Source: Amphiscolops sp. MND2022 (taxonomy: Eukaryota). From it: DNA of 64,000 nucleotides. The stretch is taken from assembly GCA_964187785.1 (NCBI GenBank), contig OZ076412.1, forward strand, positions 620,001 to 684,000, written 5' to 3'. The notes under the pieces were generated by a model. That model made no database searches and was not told the DNA's origin. It saw nothing but the letters and a program-made list of their open reading frames with translations. How positions within the stretch are numbered: position 1 is the stretch's first letter; every line of letters starts with the position of its first letter. Below, one piece after another: positions 50,128 through 62,600 of the stretch. The position numbers and the translations under genes were made by a program.

Positions 50128-52108
50128 ATAAGTACTGCGCGATCATTGTGATGTCTTGCGCCAACACCTATTTTGATTGAGTGAAACAGTACCATGTTTC
50201 ATTTATAAGAAAAAAGTCGAGGAACCCAGAAGAAAGGTTTTTCCTTTACTCAAAAAAGTCTTCTTTCATGCCCCACCTAATTCCCGTCTCACCAAGGAAA
50301 AAAAGGGTGGTCTATGTCCCACCAACTCTGGTTTCGCACACGCGTTTGTGATTTCAATTTACACAACAATCACAAAACAAGAACTGGTGGGACATCGACC
50401 CCATTTTTTAATATGTCTTGTGGGACGGGCATAAAGTAAACTCACTTGTTAAAAAACTACACTATAAAAAATTAAAAGTACCTTAGTAAAGAAATCACAA
50501 GTAAATAACTCACTGGGCTGTGGTGAATACAAGTCGGATGGCTCAATTCATCGCTTTCTGATTTCTTGCTGACGTCTCATACAAGTGTTTTTTGATAAGT
50601 GTTGCTTGAGTTTTCCAGTGCTGGCGAAAATCAAAACGCATTCAGTACAGCGATGGATGCTCAAAGTTTTTCGTTGTTGGTGAGCTCAAAGAGAATGAAG
50701 TTTATATCTCTGAGTCTGATCAGTAAAATCACCACGCAACACGTAACTGAAAATTAGGTGTATTTTTTCAAATAACATATGATCAAAAAGCATTAAAAAG
50801 GAGCAAGTCCAAATTTTAAATGGCAAGGCATGAGTTACATAGAAAACTCTACTTTGAGCCTCATCTATGATAGCATGAAAAAGAAAAACATTAGTCAATA
50901 AATAGTAGTTTTTTGTTTGTTTCATTCGGGATTTAGATTGAAACTTTTCCCTCAAAACCTGGTTTCACACAAATTCCAAAATGTCTCATTTTTAGAAAAC
51001 ATTTTTTGAATCCAACTATGTTCGACCTCTCCAAGGCATGTAGATTGATGACGCGTGTAGAACCACTGCTCAAAATTCTTTGAAGCAGTGGATACAAGTG
51101 AAAGGCATTCTGGAAGCAGCGAAGTAGATCTTTAATTGAAGGTGGTAGAAAGTTTACTAGCTGACTACTAGAAACAATCGGCACAGGATAGATGTTCAAT
51201 ACAAACTGAACCTGAAACTGTAATTTGAATTCGTCCCATCAGCTCTAGTTCACGTGAGAAGATCGACCAATCATCTTAGCCGCAATTTGGTTGACAACTG
51301 ATCACAATAGCCGCAACGGCAGATTCGGAAGAAACGATGGATCTTTTCTGTTAATCCCCCACGGATTTAATTCCCCCAGTTAAGCAGTTAAACAACCAAT
51401 CAAATTGCAGTTTTTCATAACTCCAACTGCAAATGAAACTTATCTCTGGTGTGAAAAAAATTTTCACGCTTCTTTGATGGGTGGTGTGGTTGCGCAAGAA
51501 AAAATATCCGAGACAACGAGACAAAGTATACTGATGTCTGATGAAGACATATAAACTGTACTTAAACAAATATGTATTTTATTTTCTCAGAATGTTGATT
51601 TGTCAAACTCATAATTTCTGTTTATTACTTAATGGTAAGTCTTTTGTAATTGAACTTTAGGCCAAATACAGGATTTCAGCATACTCAAAAGAATAGCTCT
51701 GCTATTATAGCAGCCAGGGATGCCATTTTTTTTCGAATTTATATCGTAATTATGCAATAAAGTATCCTATGTTCATCTTCATATTAACCAGATTATCTTT
51801 TTCTATGATTTAAAAAATAATAAAATCACACTTTCGAGATATCAAATGCTCAGCTCTTTTTCCTTTCCCCTACGCCCTACACGTTTTAAAGAATAGCGAA
51901 AGCGTGTGAACAAAGTTTGTATCTCAATTGAAAACTGTCACTCTGTAAATACTTTTAAAATTGACTTATTCTGGTTTGTATTCAATTGTTTTTGTTGTTA
52001 TAATTAATTGCAAAAACATCATTTTGAAAAGTGTGGTGGAAAAAGTTCCGAATGTTCTTTCGAAAATTGTTCGTAAAAGTATTACTAATTTACGTTTTTG
52101 CAAAGATC

Positions 52109-52181
52109 GTCTATTGCCGAGGTTCGAACTCTTCAACTTTCGGTTATAAACCTAGCACTCTACCGGTTGGGCTATACCGAC
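52109..52181 (-). tRNA. Second tRNA-Ile(UAU)-like copy within the same dispersed repeat as 816-889
   Basis: GTCGGTATAGCCCAACCGGTAGAGTGCTAGGTTTATAACCG...GAGTTCGAACCTCGG; flanks ~52035-52220 match ~780-965. Confidence 0.6.
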
Positions 52182-54164
52182 CTAATGTTATGCAATTAAA
52201 CTTTTTGTTTAATTACTCAAACGATTGGGGATATCAAAAGTTATACAAATGAATGAAAGAATGAATGAATAGTTGAATTCACGTTTCTAAAAACCTATTT
52301 CATTTTTAATCTGAATAGCGCTTAACCATAATTACAAAGTAATTGAATTTTTAAAATTGAAAAAAAAACCTTTACCAAAGAAACAGCAGTGTATAGTATA
52401 AAAGGATCCAGCAGTTTTCAGAGAGATCCAGCAATCTTTAATAAACAGACGACAGCGCATGTGCCAATTTAAAAAAAGCTAGGACGCCTAATAAAGAAAC
52501 TTGAATGAAAAAGAAAACTAATCATCGCACCAAAAACGAGATTAAATGAAGTGGTGATAGAAAGCAATGGTGTTCACCATTGCGATAATCAGCTGGCCAC
52601 TTGTTTTGCCTCACTCTTTTACCACTCAGCATTACGTGAAAGAAAAGTTATACAGGAGCTGTTTGCGTCATGAGACAATTTGAGCCATCATTGGCCATTG
52701 CTGTAAATATCGTAATAAATTATAGATTTTTTGTTTCGAAAAAAAATTCCAATAATTTTTGAACACCTCTGAGTCCACCAATTCGTCAACGCACAATCGC
52801 ATTGAGAAAAAACAACGCAATATGACTGTGATAAGTTCCATTTTGTTGCACCATGACTGAGTAATTTTTCAATTCTCCCCAAGTGTTTGTCCCACCAACG
52901 TCTTTCAAAAAAGGGTCTATGTCCCGCCGAGTGCGGATTCGTCCACAGACGTTTCTGTACAGTTTCTTTGGAGAAAATAGCAAAAAATATTTTTTATGCG
53001 AAACCGCTCAAAGTGAATAATTCTTTGGATCTTCTAGGGAAAAATAAATAACGTGAAATATTGAAATATTAACCATTTATTCACATACTCGCAAAACATC
53101 ATCAACAAGTTTTGCATACCAAAACTGGCGATTAGGCTCCAGAAACAGCTCCGCTTTCAGATGCATTGGCGTTAATCGCGCCCGTTGTGGAGTCAATGTC
53201 TGCTTCGCCACACTGAATAGCCGCTAGCTACACTATTATCGCTAGGTGGCGCTCACAAACTAATTCAGAATATTTCTGAAAAATCGTTCTAGGGGAAATA
53301 ACTATTTTTATCTTTCGTTCTGAAAAAATAAATAATTTCTATTTTGCACCAGTCGAAATGAGTTATTTTCAGAATAATTCCGCATAAAATCTTTTTTACC
53401 GATCCATGATCAAAAGATTATGAAATACCGTTATTTCTAGAAAAACGCCAATTTTGAAGTTTTTTTCCATTTAAATTGTATTTTTCCAAAACCGTTTCTC
53501 GACATTTTTTTTTTCAAAACACGAGGTGTGACATTCCCTAATTTATGAGTATAATGGTAAACAAATTAATTATTTCAACGAAACGCATCAAGAATTTCAA
53601 TTTTTCAGCATTTTCGGCAAAGGCTCATTTTCTGAACTTTTTCGTGAGACAATTTGTACAATTCAATACGCAGCTTTTCTTTATTTTGATAAAAAAGACG
53701 AATAAAAAATAAAAAAAATCGGGAATGGTATTTTACCCATCCCTGCCTGTGATTAAGTATTCATAGTAGTATCTCGAAAAATGCTCCGAAAAAATTGGAA
53801 AGAAAATCATTGTAAAAAGTTTTGACGCAGTGGGACAATCCTTCAAATTTACCAAAGGCAGCAGGAGAGTCATTAGAAAGCTGTATTAAAGTCGGGTCTC
53901 AGGAGCACACATAATCTCAATTCACTCCTTCACCTCGTTTTGACTTTTCGCCAATGACTTCAAAGTTAGTCACTCTCAACTTGTGGAGAGTTGGACGTGT
54001 TAAGAGACAAGGAAGAAGGGCAATTCGGGAGCATTTGATCCTACTAAGTCAAGATAGAGTCCTCTTTCTCCAAGAAGCAAGCAGTGTTCGGTAACGATCC
54101 GCAGTGCCGAGCAACGAATTCAGGGCGGCGTAAAATATGGTCAACTGAAGGGATCAAGCAACCG

Positions 54165-54291
54165 TTACAGTTAGTGCATTGGTTTTTTACCTATAACTTT
54201 GCAGGGTCGATTCCCGGGAATATAACCAAATATTCAAAGTATGTCTGCAATATTTGTAAGAAATATTTTGTATTAAAAGGTCTTGCTATCA
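54165..54291 (+). repeat. Second, more decayed copy of the tRNA-derived repeat at 40223
   Basis: TTCCCGGGAATATAACCAAA...AAAGTATGTCTGCA...AAATATTTTGTATTAAAAGGTCTTGCTATCA is shared. Confidence 0.65.
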
Positions 54292-54540
54292 CGTTTGTCG
54301 TTGTTTAATGTTGTTGATATTTATGTACCAATCATTACTGCTCTTTTGGGTGCAGAAATCATAATTTTGAACCTCATTATAATGAATATGGAACCAAGTT
54401 TCTTTAGATTTACTTTTAAAAAATTAACGTCACCTGTGTACCTACTGATAAAGAAACACAATGTGATTGAACATGAAAATCGTTTATACTCCGCACAAAA
54501 AGTACGCTTCACTTTCATTCTCAACCTAAAGCTAGCTTGT

Positions 54541-57500
54541 TGCATAGCTGGAGGACTGAATTTCATTGGACGACGGAAAAGAAACACAATGTGATTGAGT
54601 ATGCTTTTGTGATTAGCGTACTTGTAACTGATCTGCCATGTTGCTTTTATTTATTTAATTTATAAACTTCTAATTGTGAACTGACGTGGACAGCAACAGA
54701 AGGATCTCAAATTCGAATATCTCTAAAACAACAGCGAAAAAAGAATAATGAAAAGATTTTTATACTTTACAATTATGTTTGTATGAAGATTATGCGATGA
54801 AAATTGTAGAAGGTACATTGGGTCATTTTTAGCCAAATTTAGACTAAAATTGAAGTTTTTCTCCTCTTTGATCTAGTTTTCCTATACACTTTCTGAAACA
54901 TTTTATGTTCAATTGACCCAACGGTTTGAATGAAGCCCCTGAAATGCTTCGCTTGAGAAATTTTTCTAAAATCTCAAAGAAATTGAGCTGTGAACTTAAG
55001 TTTTTTTTTCAAAAATACATAAATCAGGACACGATTTTGAAATATACATAAAACAAGCCCGTACTATTACAAGTTACAATTCACAATTTACAACAGTTTA
55101 CTTTCGAGAAAGTTATATTGTCAGATTCGAAATTGTTTAGAGAATTTTTCGAAGAAAATTATTTTGAAATCAAAAAATGGTAAAAGGGTAAAATATTTAT
55201 GTACAGCTTACATTTGAGGCAGCGAAAAACCTTTATCTCAAAAAAAGATATATTTCTTTTGAAAAAGTCCAAACAGGGGTGTTCGTTATTGTATTGTATT
55301 ATCTTGACACAATTCAACCAATAAGTTTGAACATTAGCCTACAAAAATCAATGACCTAATTTTTCACTTCTGAAAAATCAATAAATGGAATTATTATGCT
55401 CAAAAAACTGAACTTTTCATATTCAGTAATGGTAAGTTTGCTCTACAAAAAGACCGCTTTGCCACATTTGAGGTGAAATTCAGGGAAAAGGTTAAAATTA
55501 TTAATTTCTCCAATGGATTTGGCACAATTGTTGGAAAACAGTGTCAGTAATTCAATAAATGTATTTACTAAATTTTTCTTGAGGTAAAAGGTTTTTCGCT
55601 CCTGATAAAAATAATTCATAAATTATATTGATTCTTACCATAATTATTTATTGAACACGCCTTGGTGGAACAAGACACAACGTCCAAAAGTTTAACCACA
55701 TGCCCCTTGAATCATTTTTTTCCCCAGAGGAAATTAAAAAATCAGATACTTTTGTTTCTCCGCCTGAAGTTTTGATATCTATTTCTCCTAATAAAAAGTA
55801 TTTCATTTCAAAAAATGAACTGTTTTCGTTTCAATCTTATACTAAAAGGAGACATTGGCTCAGATACCTACAGATAGGTGACAATAGATATCTACCTCGT
55901 AAATCTTGATTTTTTGAAACAATTCTGCCAGAGTGTTTAACTTCGGTGATCTTACAAGCGGAAGCTGTTTCTCTGAGCCATAGACCCTATATACGGAAAA
56001 CCAACTTCAATATATATACGCATTACATGTGAATACTCCACCCTGCATTCTATTACAGTTCGTTCGTTTTAGCTTACACCATTTATAAATTGTTATACAT
56101 TTGTAAGTCCGTCTTTTGTATAACCTTTTCATTTTAAAAATTAATTTACTTCACAAAAAACTCATACCATTCTGCTACATTGATGATTATTTTCATTGTA
56201 TTTCTAATGATTTGTTTTACATACAATAATTTGTGAGTTATTTCAATTATTATTGGGAATAATGCCTAATGGTAAATTCCCAAATAACATAAGAACTGTG
56301 GCATCCCGGGGAGATCGGCACCACTAAACAAAAGGTACCGATATCTCCCCAAAAATTATTTTCTGCCAAAAACTATCAAAGTGAAAGTGTCTCAAGGTTT
56401 CAATCAGAGTTTACTGGTCTTGAGGTTTTCGTATGTCCCACCAACAATTGGGCTTCAATGTTAAATATGTCTACTGGTCTACTTTCTTCCAGTAATCGGG
56501 GGTGTCAACTATATTTTTAAATAAATATTCGACCTCAAAAAAATTATTCCCATATTTTCACCTCAAGGAAACATTTCTGATGGCAAAATTAAACTATTTT
56601 TCACAGAATAAAAATTATTCACAATATTGAGAAATTATTGTGTATCAAGAGACTACATATTTCTATACATATGGTGAGCATACATGTCAAATAAATAACA
56701 AGGCGCTATGGCGGAATAGGTTATTGTGTTTCTACTCCAAAAGACTAGAGATCGTAAAATATTTGGCAAAACTATTGAAATATACTTTTCGAACTTTGCA
56801 TTCAATATCAATTACATTGTTTCTTTTATATCAAACTTCTAGTGAAAAAATACGCATCTTATTTCAATCCTATTGCGTTTATCTCTCTATAACGTTAACG
56901 CAAACAATTTGAAGTTTTATTCAGACATTGACTGTATAGGAAAAACATTAATTGATTCTAATCTAAATACGAAATACAAAACTATCTCTGAAAAGAACAT
57001 AACATTATCTTTATTTTGTTGAAGCTGTAATGAAACTTCGGAAAAGTCCAGGAGAATTATGTTTTCTCTTTTTTGTATTTCTGCTGCACTTCACGGGTTT
57101 GATTTTGGGTGCATTTGTGATGTTTACAGTTGAGCCCTAAAAGGCTTATCATGAAGATTTTTGTTGGGTATCCACAAGTCATCGAAGTTGATCGCTTCAT
57201 CGTGAATTATTTTTGTGTAGTTTCGTACTTCGTTTTCCCGTTTGGGGTAGACAACGTGGCAGTAGTAACAAAACCCAACTTGCGTGAGATATGCGACTTT
57301 CCATGAAATTTTTCAACTGCGTTTTCGCAATGTTGTGAGACGAGTTTCTCCATTGAAGCGAGAAGCGAAAATGGGTACAGAAGCGGACAGTCTGAGTGAT
57401 CACATAATCAGTACAGAAGACGAATAGGTGAGAGTCTGAATGAGGACAGAATCGAAACAGAAGAGGACTAGTGGAGAGAGTCTGAATGAGGTCAGAATAA

Positions 57501-57660
57501 GTACAGAAGAGGACTAGGTGAGAGTCGGAAAGAGGACAGAATCAAAACAGAAGGAGACTAGTGTAGAGCGTCTGAATGAGGACAGACTTACGACAGAAAA
57601 AAAAACAATTGAGTGACAGGATCGTTTTAGTTTGTTTTGCAACAATGGAAGGATTGTAAT
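54541..57660 (+). repeat. ~3.2-kb non-coding dispersed element, copy 2
   Basis: Colinear with 45707-48890. Confidence 0.92.
57385..57600 (+). repeat. ~45-bp subterminal tandem repeat (AGTCTGAATGAGGACAGAATC core)
   Basis: About 5 units here versus about 3 at 48710-48835. Confidence 0.85.
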
Positions 57661-58089
57661 TGAAAGATAAAGTTTTTAGTGAACCTCATTTGTATAATTT
57701 CTTCAGTTAAGAAAAATAATTTACTTTTTACTTATACCCTCACGACGAATGTATGATCTTGTTTTTTCTTCTCAACTAACTCGATACAATCAGCGGGGGT
57801 CCTAATAATGAAAGGAAGTTATTAGCGTCATTATGTCTATAAGCATCATGAGAATTCAAGAATCAAAGTTTTTACAAAAGAATTCAAAAATTCAACAACA
57901 CCCTTTTTATAGTATACATCTGGGCTCTACGAGCTGTGCGAATAAGACAAACTTGAATAAAATTTCGCTACCTTTGAACACTTAGGAGATTAATATGTAA
58001 ACTTTTTTTTGTCCGAATTGTTATACCCGGCTCGAAAACGTTTAGGTCCGAAAAAACCCGGTTATAAGCCCACCCAGCCCGGCCCGGCA

Positions 58090-59323
58090 ACATTTAATGA
58101 CGTGCTTGGCTCCAACTCTGAAGGCTACTATAGACTTTCATTGTACTAAATTTTGTCGCAAATTCTGTTCAAACTCTTTTTATACATATGATTGGACCGC
58201 TGTAGCAAAGCTGATAGATGTAACCAGGTTATTCCTCTGACAAAATTTTTAGTGTTTTTTAGCATTCTTTGGCAAACGTGAAATTAATGCTCTAGTCCTT
58301 GTTTGAGGTTCTTTGAATGTACATGTTTTAAAATTTCGTGGCACTTGCTTCAAGTTGACATCGGCAACATCTGCCAAACATCGATGTCAATAAAACTTTC
58401 TCAGAGACACTGTTTTTGAATTTGGCTCACAAAGGGGACAAAATGCGCTTCGTGAACGAAGTCTATAAACAGCCCTGTATCCATTCCACTGCTTAAGGCA
58501 AGGGTGCGTTAAGGGATGCCACATTTTAACGACTGCAAGCTGTTTTTTTCTGGCAAAATAAGCACTTGTTCTTTCAAGAAACTCTCACCAGAACCGAAGC
58601 ACGCACGTTTGTTTGTTTCAGGGTTCATTTCCAACTTATGAAATGAAAACATGGACCTTTTTTAGGGAAATTGAAATTGTTTCTCAAGCAACAAATATTT
58701 TATCGACCGGTTTTGATCTCGGTTATCTGTTGTCAAAAGAATGGTAAACACCTGCCTTCCAGACACATAACAACAGAAATTGGGATATAGCGCCTTACTG
58801 TTAGATTTTTCGGGGGGGTCTTCAAAAAATCGAAGGGGGCCTTTCGAAAACAAAAACTGATTTCAAAAAAACTTGATAGCGCCGAAATAAACTGTAAGGG
58901 GTCATCCCCTTAGTCTTTCTTAGAATCCCCAAAATGGATACCGGTCCATTTGTGGCTCTTCACTAAATGCTGACGAAGAAATTTCACTTTTTTTGGACAG
59001 ACTGGACACTGAATTTCACCAGATTGTTTTGGCTTGATTCCGCGTTTTACTGTTTTTTGTTCCGCCGGTAGCGTTGAGGGCCCTTGTTCGGTCTCCGATT
59101 CTTCGGGGGGTATCTCCTCACGACTTTGGGTGGCTTCAAGGGGGGCATCGTCTGTTTTTTTAGGGAAAAACAGGAGGAAATCATTTTCGATGATATCGTC
59201 GAGCACTGGCATGGTGGACTCAGACCCAGCTAAATCGTCTATAATTGCCTGTGTAAGAGGCCCTGGTGCTGGTAAACCAAAACTGAGGTCTAAATTTAAG
59301 TTTTCTGGACGAGATTCTCGCAA
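58090..59323 (-). pseudogene. C2H2 Zn-finger protein remnant with acidic/Pro-rich N-terminus
   Basis: ORF 58910-59323 ends CPVCPKKVKFLRQHLVKSH. A decayed downstream frame (~58540-58090) has FCPLCEP...FY*HRC and several in-frame stops. Confidence 0.6.
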
Positions 59324-59579
59324 TTCTGATTGTTCTAATTCTTTTTCCGGTTTTTTAGCATTCGACCAGATCTAAGTATTCTAGTCATTACATGTCTATA
59401 TGTAACCAAAAGGTGAACAAAGAGTGATTATAGGAATTTTAAAATTTTTGAATAAAAAGTGAAAACGAACGCAATGATTTGTATTGAATGAAGTTATGAA
59501 ATGAACGTTATGTCATGCGGCAGCTTTGTATAAATTACAGTTGTTTGATTACGTCACAAAGGTAGTGTTATGGCGGGAA

Positions 59580-59841
59580 AGTTGATGACGTCACTAGCCA
59601 GAGAGTGTCTAATTACGTCATCGTTATTTACCTGTTCCGCCTATGCGACGAGGCTGCGCAAGTGTATGCGGCAATCATTTCCGGAATGCTTTTGAATGAA
59701 TACCTTTCCGTAATGCTGGAAGTTTCCTATATATGACTTTTTGTAGTACCACTCTATGGCTAACCTGAATTCAGGCCTTGGACACTCTATGGCCACAAAA
59801 TTAGCCGTTGCTTAAAAACCATAGAGCCTCCCACAATTATT

Positions 59842-59887
<46 letters not shown>

Positions 59888-59900
59888 TTATACTACTCTC
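59580..59900 (+). promoter_or_regulatory. Promoter-like module: CRE/ATF sites, E2F-like site, CTCTATGG repeats and (ATT)12
   Basis: TGACGTCA, TTACGTCA twice and TGGCGGGAAA nearby (~59550-59620); (ATT)12 at 59848-59883; homologous module at ~62300-62600. Confidence 0.45.
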
Positions 59901-60525
59901 TATGGCAAAAAATCGATAATTATACTACTCTCAATAGCACCACAAATACTCTCTGTGGTTCCAGTGAATTTTCGATGAAGTCAAATACTGCAAAGAAGCA
60001 ATAATTAATTACTACAAAAGCCCAAAAACGCTTTCACCAATAGCAAGAACAACTTTTCATATTTTTCTGTTCGAGTCATGACGTTTTAAAACGGTTTTCA
60101 GACGCCCAAACATTTTCGATGTACCTTTTGTGAACTATCAGACTCGCTATGTCTAGCAAGCGGAACTGTCGGACGCGAATTGTAAACAAAATGGGAACAC
60201 AAAATCGAACTAAACTCTCATTGGCTAATCGATATATCGTTGAAAGCAACTTCTCTCAACACTATTCCGATCGTGTGGTGGCCGTACAAGCTTGATATGC
60301 ATCTACAAATATTATTAGACTCTCAGTGTAGAAAATTGAATTTAGGTTTATTATAGGACTTCCGTTGGGTAAATTGAAGTTACTATTGGAATTTTGTTGG
60401 CAAAGGTGATGAGTTTCCAACTACTCAAATCATCTTTTACTTTCAAATTGATAGCTGAAACTTCAGCGATAGCTACAAATTATTATAGCCAAATATAATT
60501 CTGCCCAAATTATAACTAAACTGTT

Positions 60526-60858
60526 TCAAACTTCGTAACTGACAAAGCCAACAATAGCTTCAAAGAAATTGTTTATAAAAAGTTGAACTTCAATATTTTC
60601 AATTGAGCCAAAAATTGACATTTTATCTCTATTGTCTGCTTTTGTGAGTTCAAATTTCAATAACGCAATAATTCCCCAACCTGATTTTTTGAGTTTTCGA
60701 GAACGAGTATCGAGTTTTTTGATGAATTTCATTCTTTTTTGCGCAAAGTGACCAAACTTATCTTCTAGTTCATTTAGCGATTTCAGTCTCGTTTCGACGA
60801 TATTGGGTAATTTCGTTGCATGGGGAGGTTGATACACGGTGTCTAAGTCAGTTGCCAC
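60526..60858 (-). CDS. Small ORF with coiled-coil plus short hydrophobic segment; function unknown
   Basis: RLKSLNELEDKFGHFAQKRMKFIKKL...WGIIALL has protein-like composition; vague resemblance to small Polinton/Maverick ORFs (unverified). Confidence 0.25.
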   Translation of the reverse strand: MATDLDTVYQPPHATKLPNIVETRLKSLNELEDKFGHFAQKRMKFIKKLDTRSRKLKKSGWGIIALLKFELTKADNRDKMSIFGSIENIEVQLFINNFFEAIVGFVSYEV

Positions 60859-61189
60859 AGCTCTAGAAGTTCGTTTTTGATTTAAGTCTATGTTTTCAGC
60901 TTTTTTCAGTCTTTTCAGTCTTTTTTCAGTTTTCAGCTTTCAGCCTTTTTTTTTATTTCTATTGAAAATGTCTTGGTTCTCCTCAGAATTCTTTGACAAC
61001 AAAACAATAGGCTGCAGATCTATTGAGGCGCTTCGAGATGAATGTTTGTTGTCTAAGATGCATATCTGACGCGTTTCTGCAAAAAAACACACTTTCCCGA
61101 GTTGACAAAAGTAATATAACGACGTTTTTTGTGAAATTTTGGACTATATAATTTCGGCATAAACACCAAACTGCTGATGTATTCCAGCT

Positions 61190-61745
61190 AGTTCGAGCAA
61201 ATAAAAGCGTCAATGATGTATATAATAAAACTCCCTAATTGAGGAATTTATCACAGCTTTCTAATCAGTAGTTTGCTTGCGGCAGTTTCGAGAAATCAAC
61301 CGTCAAAGTATTTTCAGATTTGTAGCTAATGCCACTGTGTGTCTCATAAATATTGATCAGCACAAAAACCGAAAAACTGATTTTTCCTAACAATTCGAGA
61401 AAATAAAAGCGCCAATGATGTAGTATAATGAAGCTCCTCAATTGGGAAATTTATCACAGCGTTCTATCAGTAGTTTGCTTGCGACAGTTTCTAGAAATCA
61501 ACCGCATCTACTGCCACAGTGTGTCTAATAAAAATTGATCAGCACAAAAACCGAAATGTGATTATTTTCCAACATTTCGAGAAAATAAAAGCCCCATTGA
61601 TGTAGTATAATGAAGCTCCTGGTTTGAGAAATTTATCACAGCGTTCGTTCAATAGTTTGTTTGCGACAGTTTATAGAAATCGGGGGTCAAAGTTTGCTCA
61701 GATTTGTTGCTTATGCCACTGGAAGTCTAATAAAAATTGATCATA
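61190..61745 (+). repeat. ~200-bp tandem repeat, about 2.8 units
   Basis: ATAAAAGC...AATTTATCACAGC...TAGTTTGCTTGCG at 61201, 61403 and 61585; the second unit is ~20 bp shorter. Confidence 0.9.
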
Positions 61746-62299
61746 ATAAAAGTCATAAAGTGACAATACTTCATTTTGAGCCAGTCGATCAGTCTGGTTT
61801 TTTGAACAGGGTCTCACTGAGTTGTGGGAAATCATTTTCAATGATTGTTTTTTAGGATTTGTTCCGGATTCTGAGAACAAAAACAATTTTTCCTTTTCAG
61901 GTCTTTCCTCACGATTTCGATATTAAGTTTTTGAGGTTAAATTTTATTTGTTTGCTTGCTTTGTGGAAATAATTGGTGGTATCGAATGGAAAGTCATTTC
62001 AACGTTCAACTCAATGGGATGAAAGGTGTCATCTGAACCCTCTTCGTTAACGATTTTAGTCCCAGTTTTGTCATCAGCACACCCACCTAAGCGCATTTGC
62101 CATGGGAAGTCCTATTGAAATTGATGTTGGTGTTGTGAGTAATTATGCTCGAATCACTATTTTGATCAAATTTGTTTCAAAACGCTTGAAGAAGTTTAAA
62201 TATACAACTGTTATGTGATCAGAACAATAAAAACAATTCTACAAAGTATTGAAATGGCATCAGAACCCCATTGAACGAATAATCCTGGCCTGAATACTT

Positions 62300-62545
62300 A
62301 TGACGTCACATGCCATAGAGTGTATAATTACATATTGATTATTCCTTTGTTACGCTGATAGCAGCGAACTGCGCATATGCATGCACTCTTAATATTGCTA
62401 GGTAGTTAAATTGGTAATACTGCCGCTATCGTGGAAAATTCCTATAAAAGCAAACGTCCAAAACCACCTATGGCCAAGGGTAAATCGGCTCGCGGACTCT
62501 CTATGGTTCCAAAATTCTCGGTCGTTAATGCCATAGAAGAAATAA

Positions 62546-62597
<52 letters not shown>

Positions 62598-62600
62598 TTT
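62300..62600 (+). repeat. Diverged copy of the CRE/CTCTATGG/(ATT)n module
   Basis: TGACGTCAC..GCCA.AGAGTGT.TAATTAC, CTATGG repeats and (ATT)14 at 62551-62592. Confidence 0.7.

Noticed and set aside
50686-51206. Possible host exon(s) (VQFVLNIYPVPIVSS...LHALERSNIVGF)
   Set aside because: There is a plausible acceptor but no convincing donor and no recognisable domain.
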